In this document: one piece after another, positions 1-36,925 of the stretch
Numbering within the stretch: position 1 is the first letter of the stretch
How the letters are laid out: each line of letters begins with the position of its first letter
From: the human T2T-CHM13v2.0 reference genome, Homo sapiens
NCBI RefSeq assembly: GCF_009914755.1
Contig: NC_060938.1
Length of the DNA: 64,000 bases
Reading direction: 5' to 3' (one strand)
Notes under the pieces: generated by a model
What the model was told of the DNA's origin: nothing
The model's database searches: none
The model's input: only the letters and a program-made list of their open reading frames with translations
Position numbers and translations under genes: made by a program

Positions 1-1
1 C

Positions 2-2500
<2,499 letters not shown>

Positions 2501-3067
2501 GGCTGAGGCCACTCTTTGGTGGGATCCTGAAGCCCTAGAGAAGGGATACCTGTCCGTCATTGCCCAGAGGGGTGAGGGAATAGCCAGGGTTCTTTTCTAT
2601 TTTCAGACTGCCAGTGAACCAGCTTGAGTACGCTTTGGCAATTGAGGGTGTCTGACCGAGGGCACTCCCTGGTGTTACCTAAAGCCAAGACAAAAGAGTG
2701 AATTTGCTATTGCTCATCAGGGTGGCAAGCCCACTTTTACTTTAACACTCTGTAAATTGTGCCTTGGAAACAAGCAGCAACGATTTCAACTCAACTCTGC
2801 GCAGACACATGCTACTAGTTGCAGACCTAATTTTGGATTCAATTTCATCACAAGCACTGCATCCCAAGTTATGGGTGAGTTCTCCTTCACATTAGGTTGG
2901 AGCTGACCACTCAAACAAGGGCACGCCTGGACTGGTCCTCCAGGCAAGGGCAGGCCCTCTATCCGTGGTGGGATGCCCCCAAGTAGAGTGAGCCAAAGGG
3001 AAAAGGAAGGTCCAAATCCCTCAGGGATGCCTCGGGGATCTTCTAGTCCCTTATCTAAACCCAACAC

Positions 3068-5009
3068 GGATGCAATTCATTCTTCAATTCATTCCAATTC
3101 ACCCTTGGGTTGCATTCTTAAAAATTCATCCCATTTTAACCCACAAACTCTCAAAAAGAAGTGTGTAATTTTCTTTTGTATTTAGAGGTCCCATATGTTC
3201 AGGTCTTTTTGGCTTTATCCCAAAACCCAAAATTACATAAAAATTGTCACACATGCTTCCAAGGAACTTCCTCTCTCCCCAATTCTTTTTTTTTTTTTTT
3301 TTGAGACCGAGTCTGGAGTGCAGTGGCACAATCTCGGCTCACTGCAACCTCTGCCTCCCACTCTCTCACCAATTCTGATGTCGTAGATGATCTTTCCTTT
3401 TGCCTGTCACACTCTCCTCAGCCTGCACCTGCTTCACCTATACCCTCTCCATTTGCTCCATCCCCGAGTCAACGCCCCTCCATATCCAGACACTTCATCC
3501 CCCTCACATACTCTCATGGGAGTCACATATGCCACTAGTACAGAGTCCTCAGAATATCCCAATAATGTTTTGCCTTTCCATGAGGTGACAAATGGAAACT
3601 TGGGAACAATTCAAGTCATGTCCCTTTCACAAATTTAATCCAAGTTGGGTTCATTTAGCCAGGATCCCTTTAAGCTCATTAAAGAATTGTGGGCTTTTGA
3701 CTATTGCCTTTGATTTAACCTGGCAAGACATGTTTGTGGTATTAACTACTTGTTGTTCCCACAAAGAAAAATCATGCATATGGTCTTTAGCTTGAGTTTT
3801 TGGGCAGATGAAGCTCATGCTCATAATTAATGGTAATAGAGCCAGGGCAGTAGGTGACCACAACACAGAAACCAGCTGGCAATATCAGGCTGCTGATGCC
3901 AGCCCAAACAGAGGCGGGATTACATGATAGCTTGCTTGTTGGAAGGAATGAAAAAGCCTGTAATAAAACCTATTAATTTTTCTTTTTTCTTTTTCTTTTC
4001 TTTTTTTTTTTTTTTTTTTTGAGATGGAGTCTCACTCTGTCGCCCAGGCTGGAGTGCAGTGGCGCAACCTCGGCTCACTGCAACCTCCACCTCCTGGGTT
4101 TAAGCAATTCTCTGCCTCAGCCTCCAGAATAGCTGGCATTACAGGTGCATGCCACCACGCCCGGCTAATTTTTTTGTATTTTTAATAGAGACGGGGTTTC
4201 ACCATCTTGGCCAAGCTGGTCTTGAACTCCTGACCTCATGATCCACCTGTCTCAGCCTCCTAAAGTCCTGGAATTACAGGCGTGAGCCACTGCACCGGGC
4301 CAATTTTTCTAAATTACCGGAAATTACCCAGCAGCCATCTGAGAACCCCACCCTTTTCCAAATTAGACTGGTGGAGGCCATACATAAATATACAAATTTA
4401 GATCCTGAAAGCCCTGAGGGCCAGTTCACTCTGGCCATACATTTTATAAGTCAGGCTTCCCCAGACATCAGACAAAAACTCCAAAAATTAGAGCAAGGCC
4501 CACAGATTCCCTTTCCGACTTTATTAAATACAGCCTTTAAGGTTTTCAATAACTGGGAGGAAACCTCAAAAATAAAAAAGACTCAATTGGAGGAAGAACA
4601 ATGCCATCGCCAAGCTAATTACGTGGTAACACAGCATTGACACGTTCTTTTTCGTTAGTTAATAACCCCAAGGCATGTCCCTATAATACTAACAGAATGG
4701 GGGCCTGTCATCACTGCAGAAATCCAGGATATTGGCGTAGAGAACATTCCAAACCTCCAGGTTACAAAGCTGCCCCCAGGATCCTGTCCTCATTGTAAAC
4801 AAGAGGGTCATTGGAACAGCGAGTGTCCTTCTCTCCCTCATAAGGAGGGGCCACCTCCTCCTTCTGGGCCGTCGCAGCCACAACCTCACCAACCTACCCA
4901 ACAAGGGGGTCCTGCAGAAAGAGGACAAGGGCAAGGGCAAGCACAAGCACCTCTAACTCTATTCCTGGATTATGATCGAGCCTCTGAAAGTCATCCCCTA
5001 GATGACTGA
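3068..5009 (+). pseudogene. ERV gag remnant
   Basis: PLGCILKN..LKKK..IFFC (MA); KYTNLDPESPEGQ..HFISQASPDIRQKLQKL (CA); intact CCHC knuckle CPHCKQEGHWNSEC at 4785-4826 plus a degenerate upstream knuckle; GACTGA stop. Confidence 0.85.
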
Positions 5010-5095
5010 TGGGGCCTTGAGGCCATCCAGGCCCTTACCTTTTCCAACTCTATGGAGGAGCCTCAGTCAATCCAGCTGTGGCTGAACAAGAAATA

Positions 5096-7971
<2,876 letters not shown>

Positions 7972-8167
7972 CAGAGAGCAAGAAAGGGAAAAACTCAACC
8001 GAAACCCTTAACACCCCTTTTCAGCAGGAAATAGCCAGACGTACTTGTCACCCCTCTTCACTGTGCCATTTTCCCTCTCTTGAGACCCCAATAGGCAGCA
8101 GGTAGCCATGATCATGAGGGAACATAAAGGGCCAAAGATTTGACCAAAATGTCTGTCAGGGAAAAAA

Positions 8168-9274
<1,107 letters not shown>

Positions 9275-9339
9275 GTTTTCTAGCAGTGGAATCTGTTATA
9301 CTAACTCTTTGAATGAGTAACTGAAACAGATTCTGAAAC

Positions 9340-10739
<1,400 letters not shown>

Positions 10740-10854
10740 AAACTTTTTCTGGAGTTTCACGGTAAAAAAAAAAAAAAAAAAAAAAAGGCCCTTTCAAAAT
10801 CCATTAATGGTAGGAAAAGTAGAGTCTATGTATGTGAGAGATCCTATAAAGAGT

Positions 10855-11909
<1,055 letters not shown>

Positions 11910-11924
11910 GAGTCTATGTGTGAC

Positions 11925-12225
11925 TGGAACTCTCATACATTGCTAGTGGGAGTGCAAAATGATATAATCACTTTAGAAAATACTCTAACCTTCTCTTATA
12001 AAGTTTAACATATACTTACCATACAAACCATCAAATCCCTTTTTAGATGTGTACCCAAAGAAAATGAAAATAGAGATCTACTCAAAGACTTGTATGCAGC
12101 TTTATTAATGATAGCCAAAAACTAGAAACAGCCCACATGTCCATCAACTAGTGAATAGATAAGCGTATGGTGGAAGACCCATACTATGGAATGCTCCTCA
12201 GCCATAAAAAGGAACAAATTAACAT
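11925..12225 (+). mobile_element. Old L1M 3' fragment
   Basis: GGAACTCTCATACATTGCTAGTGGGA...CAGCCATAAAAAGGAAC, typical of the L1 ORF2 end. Confidence 0.7.
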
Positions 12226-13002
12226 ATAATCTAGGTAAACTGACACCCATTTTACTTGGGAGGAATATGGCCTTCTAGTGAGAATGAGTAATGAAGGTGT
12301 GATATTGAAGAGTTGGCCCAGCTGTCCTCATGCACTGCTGTCCACTCTATCATTCATAGCCTTCTTCAGCCTCAGTTCCTGTTTTTTTAAAATAAGAACA
12401 ACGTTCATCTCAACACATAAAACTGGCAAAATAGTAATAACTATGTTGTAGAGAATTCAGAAAACTGATGCTCTCCAACAGCTAGTGTGATCCTCAGGAG
12501 CGCAGTCTAGGAATGGGAAAAAAAAGCCTTAAAATGTGCAGACCTCCTGACCCAGCCATTTCACTTTTAGGCAATTTCCCTAAGACTATAATCACTTATG
12601 ATGAAAATATTGGTCCTAGTGACATTGACAAAGTTACTCATTTTATCTGATGTATATTTGTTTCAGAAAAATAATGCCAATATTATTAGTAATAATAAAA
12701 CTATGACCTACATAAACAAAAAAACTTTGTGTTATCTCACTTAAACCTCAAAACAGCCTGATGTGATACTTACAGATTTCACAGGTGAGGAAAATGTTGT
12801 GCCTAATGACACATATCTGGTAAGTATATCCTTAGTCATCAGGATGCAAACCTTGACTGTCTGAGACAATCCTCACTGTTAGCCACTGTCTTACACAGCC
12901 AGATATACAAGGCCTGGGCAATTGTACCCACTGTTAGAAATTCAGATAACTATGTTTTAGAGACTGCTAGTAATGACTATATCAAACAAATCAATACATT
13001 GA

Positions 13003-13213
<211 letters not shown>

Positions 13214-13539
13214 TAGCCAGGATAGTCTTGATCTCCTGACCTCGTGATCCGCCCGCCTCAGCCTCCCAAAGTGCTGGGATTACAGCCGTGAGCCACCGTG
13301 CCTGGCCGAACATTAATTCTTGAATTTGCTCATTGCTGTTCCCTATTTACAGATATGAGCCAAAGTGTAACTTTATAACAGACAAGTGTCACCTAACTCT
13401 TGTGAGTTTGATCCCAGGTTATCAATCTCCTACCCCTTCTAGTTTACTAGACAAAATATAAAGAACAGTTGGTCTGTCAAGGAGTTCTGGAAGTTTATTA
13501 ACAAATTAACAGGGCAATAGAAGTTATTAGATTAGATTA

Positions 13540-14280
<741 letters not shown>

Positions 14281-15089
14281 CATTCTCTCCTTGATGGATC
14301 TGAAAACCTACTTTCCATCCCCACTCCAACCAACCCAGCCTTTCTATGGCAAGCGCATGCTCTGGGGCATGAGCACTGGTGAGAATCATTGCCCCTATAA
14401 AACTAAGACTAGAGTTGAGTTCTGTCCATCCCCAACTAGAAGGGAGATTATTTATCCCTTTCCATTATTTTCTCCCCTCTGTCTACTCCTTTCCCCTATT
14501 CTCACTAAACACTAACTCATCTTGCAAATATTAGTCACTTTAAGTCATAAAACAACCCATCACACTGGAATATCTTGAGGTGTCAAACTCTCAGTGTGTA
14601 TCAATTCCTGAAAAGTGTTGGGTTCTAACTAAAGAGTCAGGGAAGGCCTGGTGCAGTGGCTCATGCCTGTAATCCTAACACTTTGGGAGGCAGAGGCTGG
14701 CAGACGGCCTGAGCTTGGATGTTCAAGACCAGCCTGGACAACATGGTGAAACCCCGTCTCCATTTAAAAGAAAAAAAAAGAGCTAGGGGGATATCAGAAT
14801 GGCTCTTCCTCTTCCCTCTTCCCTGCCCTTCCTGCCTATCCCATGAAGGAGGCAGAATGCCCACCAAAGAGGCAGCCACAGGGAGGCAGAGAACCAAAGA
14901 AGATGCTGGCAAAGGAGGTGTCACCAGAGATGGGACTGAGAAGCTGAGAGGGTCAAGAAAAATGGAGTGACCTTCTCCCACATGGAATGGAAGAAAGCTA
15001 GAAAAAAATTGAGATATTGGATTGGAATTGGAGATACTGGTGTGAATTTATATTTGCTAGATGATGATTAGATAGATATAGATAATCAA

Positions 15090-16430
<1,341 letters not shown>

Positions 16431-16469
16431 ACCCTCCCCAAAAAATTAAGAATTGGGCTTATTTGGTAA

Positions 16470-18165
<1,696 letters not shown>

Positions 18166-19218
18166 AGTGGGGAATCCAAGATGCATTCTCGCCCTGACTT
18201 CCTCATTACTAGCCAAGTCACATTGTACTCTCAACTTCTTCACATCAAAGTAAAATTAAATTGTGCATTTGAGTTGCACAGTGTACCCAACTACAACATA
18301 TGTATAGGAGAAAAAATACAACATAAAAGAATAAAAAGGGGAAAGCAGGGAAATTCTATGATCTATAAGTAGCAAAATCTCCCTACTTTCAGCAATATAA
18401 GTTAACTCATGGTAAATGACAGCAGCAGGGATAAGTGTTAAGGCTCTACTAAAATCTGCCATGTTTGAAGGCCAGGTGTAGTGGCCCACACCTGTAGTCC
18501 CCGCACTTTGGGAGGCCAAGGTGGGCTGATCATCTGAGGTCAGGAGTTCGGGACCAACCTGACCAACATGGAGAAACCCCATCTCTACTAAAAATACAAA
18601 ATTAGCCAGGTGTGGTGGCACATGCCTATAATCCCAGCTACTCAGGAGGCTGAGGCAGGAGAATCGCTTGAACCCAGAAGGCAGAGGTTGTAGTCAGCCA
18701 AGATACTGCCATTGCACTCCAGCCTGAGCAACAAGAGGAAAACTCTGTCTCAAAAAAAAGAAAAAAAAATCTGCCATGTTCAAATCAGGAATAAGTAACA
18801 GTTAAAGTTCAAAAAACTGTAGTCTTCTTTTTTCTTTGTTGTAGAGGCCTCTTTTTCCAACAACTCACAATGTTCAGTTCTCTTTCTATTTGGTCTAAAG
18901 CGCCATGATAGATATCAGCTAACAACACTGAGAACTAGAAGTTCCTCTATAACTTTGCACAATACCCAAAAAATTGATTATAAGACCAGGTTATCCTTTC
19001 TTATTTTTATCCAGTCTCATAGGATGATGGCATTTTTCAAATTAGCATTTTTAATTTATGAATAGAATTATTCTCATACAATAATAAACCCTATTTTCTT
19101 CATCTTGAATAACAAACATAAAATCTCCGAGAGGCATTCTACTTTTCAAAATCAGGATCATGTTAAACAACTTCTACATTTAAGGAGAGAGAAAAGCCCA
19201 GCCTAGGCAACACAGTGA

Positions 19219-19547
19219 TGTTGCAGGACTTTCCTTAGTTCAGCTAAAGACGGGGTTCTTGTCCGTCCCACTGCCACGAAAATTTAGGCTCACAGACAGT
19301 TTAAAGGGTGAGTGAAGTAGGGTTTTACTGAATGAAAAGGGAAATAAAAGGGGGAAACAAGGATCCTCCGCAAGGCCAGAGCCCCCTGCTAGAGCGCATC
19401 CCACCCACCCTTTGAATCTCAGGTTCCACACAGGAAGAGGGGCCAGGCTCCTCCCCGCTGCGAAAGTCATGAACTTCCCCAGGCTCCACCTCAGCTGGCA
19501 GGCTGGTTGGAGTTTCTCCAGGGACCACCTCCCATCTGGCTGTCTCA
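19219..19547 (-). mobile_element. MER61A-like solo LTR inserted in an AluJ
   Basis: TGAGACAGCCAG...CCTGCAACA on - strand; TSD GTGA; Alu sequence continues on both sides. Confidence 0.75.
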
Positions 19548-21966
19548 GTGAGACCCCATTTCTTTTTTTTTTTTAATTTTTAATTAGCTGTGTGTGGTGG
19601 TGCACCCCTGTAGTCCCAGCTACTTGGGAGGCTGAGGAGGGAGGATGGCTTGAGCCTAGGAAGTCGAGGCTGTGGTGGGCCATGATCGCACCACTGCACT
19701 CCAGACTGGGCAACAAAGCAAGGCCTCATCTCAAAAAAAAAAAAAAAAATTAAAAATTAAAAAAAGAAAGAAGAGAGAAAAGCCTGTCAAATGAAGTGGG
19801 TTTGTTTTTGTTGTTGTTGTTGTTCTTATATAGAGCACTGTGTGTTACACTTAGGGCAGAAAAACCTCCAGAACTCTAAGTTTAATGAATAAAACCAATA
19901 CATGCCACTGGGACATAAACGTAAAAAGTCAGAAGATAGAACTTGATCGTATCCTAAACAATGAATTAATGTATCTAGATCAGAAACTGGAAGGTTAAAA
20001 CGTGGAGGAATGAAAGGGATTGGAAGGGCAAAATGTGTTAGGGATTAGCTAGCTAGCATGGTTCAAGGGACAGACTATACAACAAGCACTATTCTCTGAT
20101 GAGACTGGTTACTTTAGCCAACTTCTGACACAATCAAATAGTAAGACCTCTCAAGCTGAAGACAGACCCCTAGTTGATTTTATCATTGGACAAAATTATA
20201 CAAAGCCTATCTTAGCAGCAATCAGTTTTCGGTGACACCATTATTTCTTCATGCCCCCAACAAACTGCAGTAGATATGTTGGAATTTAAGCTCAGCACAT
20301 ATAGTCATCCAAATTGTCTCGAAAGGTTACAAAAGATGGGAAGAAAATTATATGTTGTTCTATGAAAACTATGAAAGGAGAGAGTTAGAAAGAAAGATAA
20401 TCAACAGTGTCAAATACCACTGAGAAATCTAAGACAATGAGGGATGAGAAAAATCCGCCACGCCTCAGGATGAGGAACCCAGGGTTGCCTTCAGCAATCA
20501 GTTTGAGTGGCAGAGATGAGGGCTGAGGGAGCAGCAGACGTCAAGAGGGCAGAACAAGGAGTGACTCTGCATTGAGAAAATGGAATTCTGTCCTCAAAAC
20601 ATGTAACAACAAAAGGATGAGGAAATTAGGATAAAAATTGCAGCAAGGTCAAATGAAGGCTTTGGGGTTTGGGGTTTTTGTTTGTTTTTTTCAGCAAGGA
20701 GGAAAAAGGATTATGTCTGCAGGCAGAGGAGAGAAGAAGAAATTAAAGGTGCTTAAGCTAGACAAAAAGAAGATAATTAAGACAGAAAATCTTTGATTGC
20801 AGATGTTATAGCACCCACCAGGGAGAAAAGGGAGAGAACAGAGAGGACTGAAAACATAAGGTTAGTTTAAACTTAGAAAGAGGAAGTTCAGTTCCTCGCC
20901 TAAGATGGGGGAGAGAAAGAAATTGCCACAGAGTTGTTTTGGAATTAAAAGGCTTATCTCGCATGGTCTTTATTTTGCCAGCAAAGTAACAGATAGCCCC
21001 TGTCAAAGGAGAAGGGGCACGGAGGGGCACCAAGAGGAGGGTGCAGGAGAGAAAAGGCTTAGAACAATGGTGGGCAGGAAACTGCAAAGAAATGGACACC
21101 TGACACCAGGTGTCAGTACCTACTCGGTAGATGTTTGAATAAATTGATAAGACATTTTAAAAGGCCAGACTCGGTGGCTCATGCCTGTAATCTTAGCACT
21201 TTGGGAGGCTGAGGAGGGATGATAACTTTGGGCCAGGAGTTCAAGACCAGTCTAGGCAACATAGTGAGACCCCATCTTTACAAAAAAGTAAAATAAAATA
21301 AAAGTTTTTTAAAAGACATTTTAAAAAATAGCTGGTTAGTAATGGGGAGAGTCCCACTGATAAGATGATAAAATTTTCTTATAACTTTTATATCTTTCTG
21401 CAGTACCACTATAGTGTTGATAGTAGACTTGCAGAATCAAAAGAAGGAAGGATAAATTACTGTCTTCACTGTGACCTGGTGGCTTTCCCTAGTGGTGCTA
21501 GAGGAAAAGTAAGAGCTCCAGGGAACCTAGGCTTTTGCTTTGTAAGGATAGCCTCAATATTGGTACACACTTCGAAACATGGGCTGGGTAAGAATTTAAG
21601 TGTAGCCAGAAAAAATATCTTGGTATGAGCTTCATTTATCAACACTTTATCATAAATTCATCATTGTATCTTCAAATTTGTGATTTTTAAAAATGTTGCC
21701 ACCTTTTCTTTGTGAGGCTGTTCTCAGCCATCTGCTCTTGGCACTTCACACCACTCACCCGAAGAGCTCAAGCAATCATAGTTACTGTGACCACATCAGT
21801 GCTGACGAGAACAAAACGTTTTCAGATCATGTCTCTCCCACAAACTCCAGGGCCATAGTTGATCTATGTACAAGTTATCTCCACTTGAATAGCCCGCTGT
21901 CATTGCAAATTCAATATTCTCAAAACCAAACCTGACACCTTTCAAAAAAAACACAGCTGCACTTCT

Positions 21967-25027
<3,061 letters not shown>

Positions 25028-25432
25028 CTTCCATTGCCAGAACCCACTCAGAAGCCAGGGGGCAAGTAGTTTCACGTGATATGAGTTAGAGAGGGTAAGA
25101 GCAGAAAAGGATTTGGGAGCATCCAGGCAAATGGCCAGTTCATGGATGTATCCATTTATGTCGGTGGCACTGCCCTGCCCTTTCCCCACTTCCCTGCTCA
25201 GAATCCCCAAAATCTTTCATTTTCTCCACTTCAAGTTCTGCATTCCAGTCATCACCTGGTCTGCAGTCCTTTTACCCTAAAAGGGCTCCAATATATCTCC
25301 ATTTCCATCACATTGGCCCAGCTTAATTCTGGCCCTCCTCACTGCAGATATTAATTATTGCCGTATTTTCTTCCTAACTTGGCTTGAACCTCCAGTTTTT
25401 ATCTGCTACTGTCCCTTCTACATGGTCTACTC

Positions 25433-26206
25433 CAGGAGTCACCACACAGTGGCCAATCAGCCAAATCTAGCCCACCACCTGTTCTTGTACATCAAGGGTT
25501 TTTTAACTAATATATAATAGTTGTTCATATTTGGGGGGGTATGTGTGTTATTTTAATACCTGTATACAATGTGTAATGATCAAATCAGTATAATTTGGAT
25601 ATCCTTCACCTCAAACATTTATCTTTTCTTTGTGTTGGGAACATTGCAATTTTCCTTGTACATAAGTTTTATTGGTACACTGAGTTAAAAGAAAAACTTC
25701 AGCCGAATTAAATTTAAAACAGTTAATTGAGCAAAAAAATGATTCATGAATCAGACAGCCTCCCGAGCTAGAGTATCCTCAGAGACTCTAGAGCAGCCAC
25801 GTGGTCAGAAAAAGGAAAGTGACATACAGAAAATGGAAATGAGGTACAGAAACAGCCGGATTGCTTGTAGCTCGGCATTTGCCCTATTTGAACAGTTTGA
25901 ACAGTTGGCCATGTTTGATTGGCCGAAACAGTGATTGGCACAAGAGTAGGCTACAGTCTGTTTACAATTCCATTTAGGTTGTAGTTCACAATGTACAAAG
26001 AAACCTTTAGGCTGAACTTAAAATATGTAAGAAGGTAGCTTTAGCTTAAACCTGAGATTTAGCAGCTGCCATGCTCATTCATTTAGTTATTGTCTGTCAC
26101 TGCTTTCACATTATAATGACAGAGTTCAGTATTTGCAACAGAGACCATATGTATGCCCCAAAATATTTACTTTCTAGTCCTTCACAGAAAAGTTTGCTGA
26201 TCCCTG
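25433..26206 (+). mobile_element. MER58-like hAT MITE interrupted by an L1 fragment and an LTR
   Basis: GCCAAATCTAGCCCACCACCTG...AAAAGTTTGCTGATCCCTG ends. Confidence 0.6.
25681..26064 (-). mobile_element. MER57A-like solo LTR
   Basis: Reverse strand reads CTTACATATTTTAAGTTCAGCCTAAAGG...AATTCGGCTGAAGTTTTTCTTTTAAC. Confidence 0.7.
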
Positions 26207-26252
26207 AAATTAAACTGACACTAATCCATTCTTTTTTTTTTTTTTTTTTTGA

Positions 26253-26624
<372 letters not shown>

Positions 26625-26984
26625 TGAGGCAAGCAGATTACAGTTCAGGAGTTTGAGACCAGCCTGGCCAACTGGTGAAACCCATCTCTATTAAAAATAC
26701 AAAAATTAGCCAGGCGTGGTGGTGCATGTCTGTAGTCCCAGCTACTCAGGAGGCTGAGGCAAAAGAATCACTTGAACCCGGGAGGCAGAGGTTGCAGTGA
26801 GTCGAGATCATGCCACTGCACTCTAGCCTGAGTGACAGAGTCAGACTCCGTCTCAAAAAAAATAATAAAAATAAATGGCCAGGCACTGTGCCTCACGCCT
26901 GTAAGGAGGCTGAGGCCAGTGGATCATCTGACGTCAGCAGTTTGAGACCAGCCTGGCCAACATGGGGAAACCCCGTCTCCACTA

Positions 26985-27218
<234 letters not shown>

Positions 27219-27502
27219 TCATTCCTTATGTCTACCCAAAGTCCGCAGCTTGTCATGATTCAATGTTTTCCCAAACTTGATGCCACATTAAATCAATATT
27301 TAAATCAATGATTTCGTGAGACAGTCAAGATATCTTAATACAATGCCCAGTACACAGTGAACAATCAATAATTAAGGTATCATTGAAGTTATTTCACCTA
27401 CCCTCCTATTGCTATTTGCCACATATCTTTCTACTCTAGTCAGGCTTGCCCCAGTTTTTGTGTCTGTATTACCAATAATATACCAATTACTTTTTAAATT
27501 AG

Positions 27503-27918
27503 TGTATAGGTTGAATTGTGTCTTCCCAAAATTTGTGTAAGTCCTAAGCCCCAGTACTTGAGAATGTGACTATATTTGAAGATAAGGTCTTTAAAGCATT
27601 GCTTAGGTTAAAATGAGGTGCTCTGTTTTTTTTTCAGGGTGGGCCCTAATCCAATATGACTGGTGTCCTTGTAAGAAGGAGAAATTTAGGCATACCAGGA
27701 GACACCAGAAACATGTGCAGACAGAGGGAAAACCATATGAAGACAGAGTGGGAAAGTAGCCACCTGCAAACCACGGAATCAGGCTTCAGAAGAAACCAGG
27801 CCTACTGGTACCTTGATCATGGACTTCTAGCCTCCAGAACTATGAGAAAATGAATTTCTGTTATGTAAGCAACCAAGTGCATGGTATTTTGGTATGGCAG
27901 CTCTAGCAAACTAATACA
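27503..27918 (+). mobile_element. MLT1B-like MaLR solo LTR
   Basis: TGTATAGGTTGAATTGTGTC...GGACTTCTAGCCTCCAGAAC...AAACTAATACA. Confidence 0.75.
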
Positions 27919-28038
27919 AATATTATCTAAGAGCATAAACAAAATATGTAATCATTACAATAAATGTTAAAATTACAGAAAAATATAAAGATGGAAATAA
28001 AAATCACCTATAATTCCATCAACAAGTGATAACCATCA

Positions 28039-28191
<153 letters not shown>

Positions 28192-28828
28192 TTAAAGTAA
28201 ATAAAATGTTTGGAGTATTTTGTTCCAGGCTTTTTTTCTAAGATATACATATTTTTTTTCATTTTCATAAAATTACCATCATAATGTACTTACAGTTTTA
28301 TATTCTGCTTCTTTTACATAATTATGAACATTTTTCTTTTTTTTTTTTGAGACGGAGTCTTGCTCAGTCACCCAGGCTGGAGTGCAGTGGCACAATCTCG
28401 GCTCATGCAACCTCCTCTGCCTCCCGGGTTCACACCATTCTCCTGCCTCAGCCTCCCAAGTAGCTGGGACTACCGACACCCGCCACGACACCCGGCTAAT
28501 TTTTTTGTGTATTTTTAGTAGAGATGGGGTTTCATCATGTTAGCCAGGATGGTCTCGATCTCCCGACCTCGTGATCCACCCGCCTCAGCCTCCCAAAGTT
28601 CTGGGATTACAGGCGTGAGCCACGGCGCCTGGCCTGAACATTTTTATTTCATCATGGACATTTTACCACCTTGTTATCAAAAACATGTTTTGAAATGGCT
28701 ACATATTGCTCTATTGAATGAATACAGTCTAAGTCATTTCTATTCCCCTATTGATTAAAATGTCAGTTGTTTCCATTTTTTAATCATTTTATTTTTCTTT
28801 ATTTTTATACATTTTTGTCTTTTTTTGA

Positions 28829-29203
<375 letters not shown>

Positions 29204-29790
29204 TGAGCCACCGCGTCTGGCCAATTTTCATCATTTTAAATAACACTGTAATGAACCTCTATGAATATAACTGTGATTAATTTCCTAAGTGGAAATCTTT
29301 ATAAAGGAATTACAGGTTAAACTTTATTACAGGCCAGTCTTCACAGTGTCCTCCACATACCCCACTCATCACTGCTTCCAGGCCTGCTGTCTTGTTCCCT
29401 CTGCCTGGAAGCACCAACTAAAATCTCACCAACACTCCTTCATAAATGTCCCCTGAATATTGTGACCCCATGTCAATTTCACCCTCACAGTTACCCTGTT
29501 GTATTTTGTTACCTCAAACTTCATTACACACTCTACTTAAAAGTACTTTAATCATGTCATGTATAGGTATTTTCTCCATATCTAGACTATAAATTCCCCA
29601 GGCTTTTTTTTTTTTTTTTTTTTTTTGGTATCCTGGAGTATTAAACACATTGCTGAAAATTTAACCAAAAAAAAAATCATGAAAAACCCATGTTTTAAAA
29701 TAAATATATATTTGTTTAAAAGGAAGATTAAATAGAACTACTGGTATCATACTCTCTACCCAAAGTGGTTTTACATTCATTACAGAGTGA

Positions 29791-30884
<1,094 letters not shown>

Positions 30885-31739
30885 AAGAATATTAGGCCCC
30901 ATGAGGGATAAATATTGACTTATGTGTATCTCTATTGCCTAGAATAGTACCAGATATATAATGGGCACTCGATAAATATTTTGTAGAATAAATAAATGTT
31001 GAATGATGAATGACCTTTTACATGGTACTGTAGCAGGAATTATTTAATTATAACGTAGCTAGTTCCACTTCTTAAATAGCAAATCCCTAGAGACTACATC
31101 TTTTAAAAGATTGCCTGATTAAGCCCAAACAGCATTCTGCATAGGGAGAAATCATCCGTGCATAATTAATGACTGAAAATTACACACAGGTCTTTAACAC
31201 GGAGACGTGATATTACAAACAATGAAAACACAGAGTCCCTCAAAAAAAAAAACAGTGTATTTTTGCAAAAGGCAATATTGTTTTCCTTTATTGTTCATTC
31301 TGCCTGGAATGCCATGCTATTTTCTTTATTTTTATCTTTCTTTCTCTGTATCTATTAATTAAGGCCAAGATTAAAAATGGTTTCCTCCATGAAGCCATCC
31401 CTGATGTATTCTTAGACATAATCTCTCTCATCAGAACTACCCAAGCACTTTATTCATTTATCTCATAAGGCACCAAAGACTAAATGTCCATACCAGGTGA
31501 CAAGGCAAAGTAATTATCCAGAGAATAAACTTTTTAAAATTTTTCACTCAAAATATATGAATTAATCGAGACAAATGTACTATTTTGACAGGGAAGTGTC
31601 CTCTGTAAACTGTTTTTTTACTTATGAATAAAATTTATTTATGTATAACTTACATAAAATGTGCCCATTTAAATGAATAGTTTGCTGAATTTTGATAAAT
31701 GTATTCACCTACTTAACCACCACAATAATCAAAATATAG

Positions 31740-31958
<219 letters not shown>

Positions 31959-32105
31959 TAGCCAGGCTGCTCTCAAACTCCTGACCTTGTGATCCTCCTG
32001 CCTCAGCCTCTCAAAGTGCTGGATTACAGGTGTGAGCCACCGGCCCTAAATTTTTTTTAGAGATGAGATCTCACTATGTTGCTCAGGCTAGTCTTGAACT
32101 CCTGA

Positions 32106-34320
<2,215 letters not shown>

Positions 34321-34505
34321 AAAAAAACTGTCAGGACAGGCATGCTGGCTCACACCTATAACCCCCAACACTTTGGGACACACCAAGGTAGCTGTGTAGA
34401 TCACTGGAGCCCAGGAGTTTGAGACCAGCCTGGGCAACATGGCAAAACTTTATCTCTACAAAAAAACCCACAAAAATTAGTTGCACCTGTAGTCTCAGCT
34501 ACTCA

Positions 34506-36411
<1,906 letters not shown>

Positions 36412-36419
36412 TACATTTT

Positions 36420-36925
36420 AGCTATCTATTATTAAACAACTTAGTGGCTTAAAACTACAATAATTTTATTTATTTGCTTGTAATTTTGCAATGTGGGCTC
36501 AAATAGCCTTTCTTTGCTCCACACGCAGTCACCTGAGGTGGCTCCAGTGGGCTGGAGAATCCACTTTTTAAATGGCCTTCTTCACGTGGCTGGCAAAAGT
36601 TGGTGTTGACTGCTGGCTGGGAGTTCAACTGAGGCTGTTGGCCCAAACCTCAGTTCTTCTTCACATGGTTGGTTGGGCTTTTCACAGGCAGTAAGTCTGA
36701 GAAGTCAAACTTCTAACACAGCAGCTGGCTTCCCCCGAATGCAAAAACAGAAGCTATCAGGCCTTCTTAAGGCATAGTCCCAAACTGGCATAACATCACT
36801 TCCAACGCATTCTACTATTGATTAAAGCAAGTTACAGGCCCAATCAGACTCAAGAGAAGAGAACTCCTAAAGGTGCAAATATTGGGAAGCCTGGTTCATT
36901 TGGGGCCACCAAAGTAGCAGTGTAC
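36420..36925 (-). mobile_element. Old MLT1 LTR
   Basis: AACTTAGTGGCTTAAAAC...CATCACTTCCAACGCATTCTA pattern. Confidence 0.55.

Noticed and set aside
18170-20350. Apparently unique AT-rich sequence, checked for processed or olfactory receptor pseudogene
   Set aside because: Partial manual translations gave no recognisable protein; needs tBLASTn
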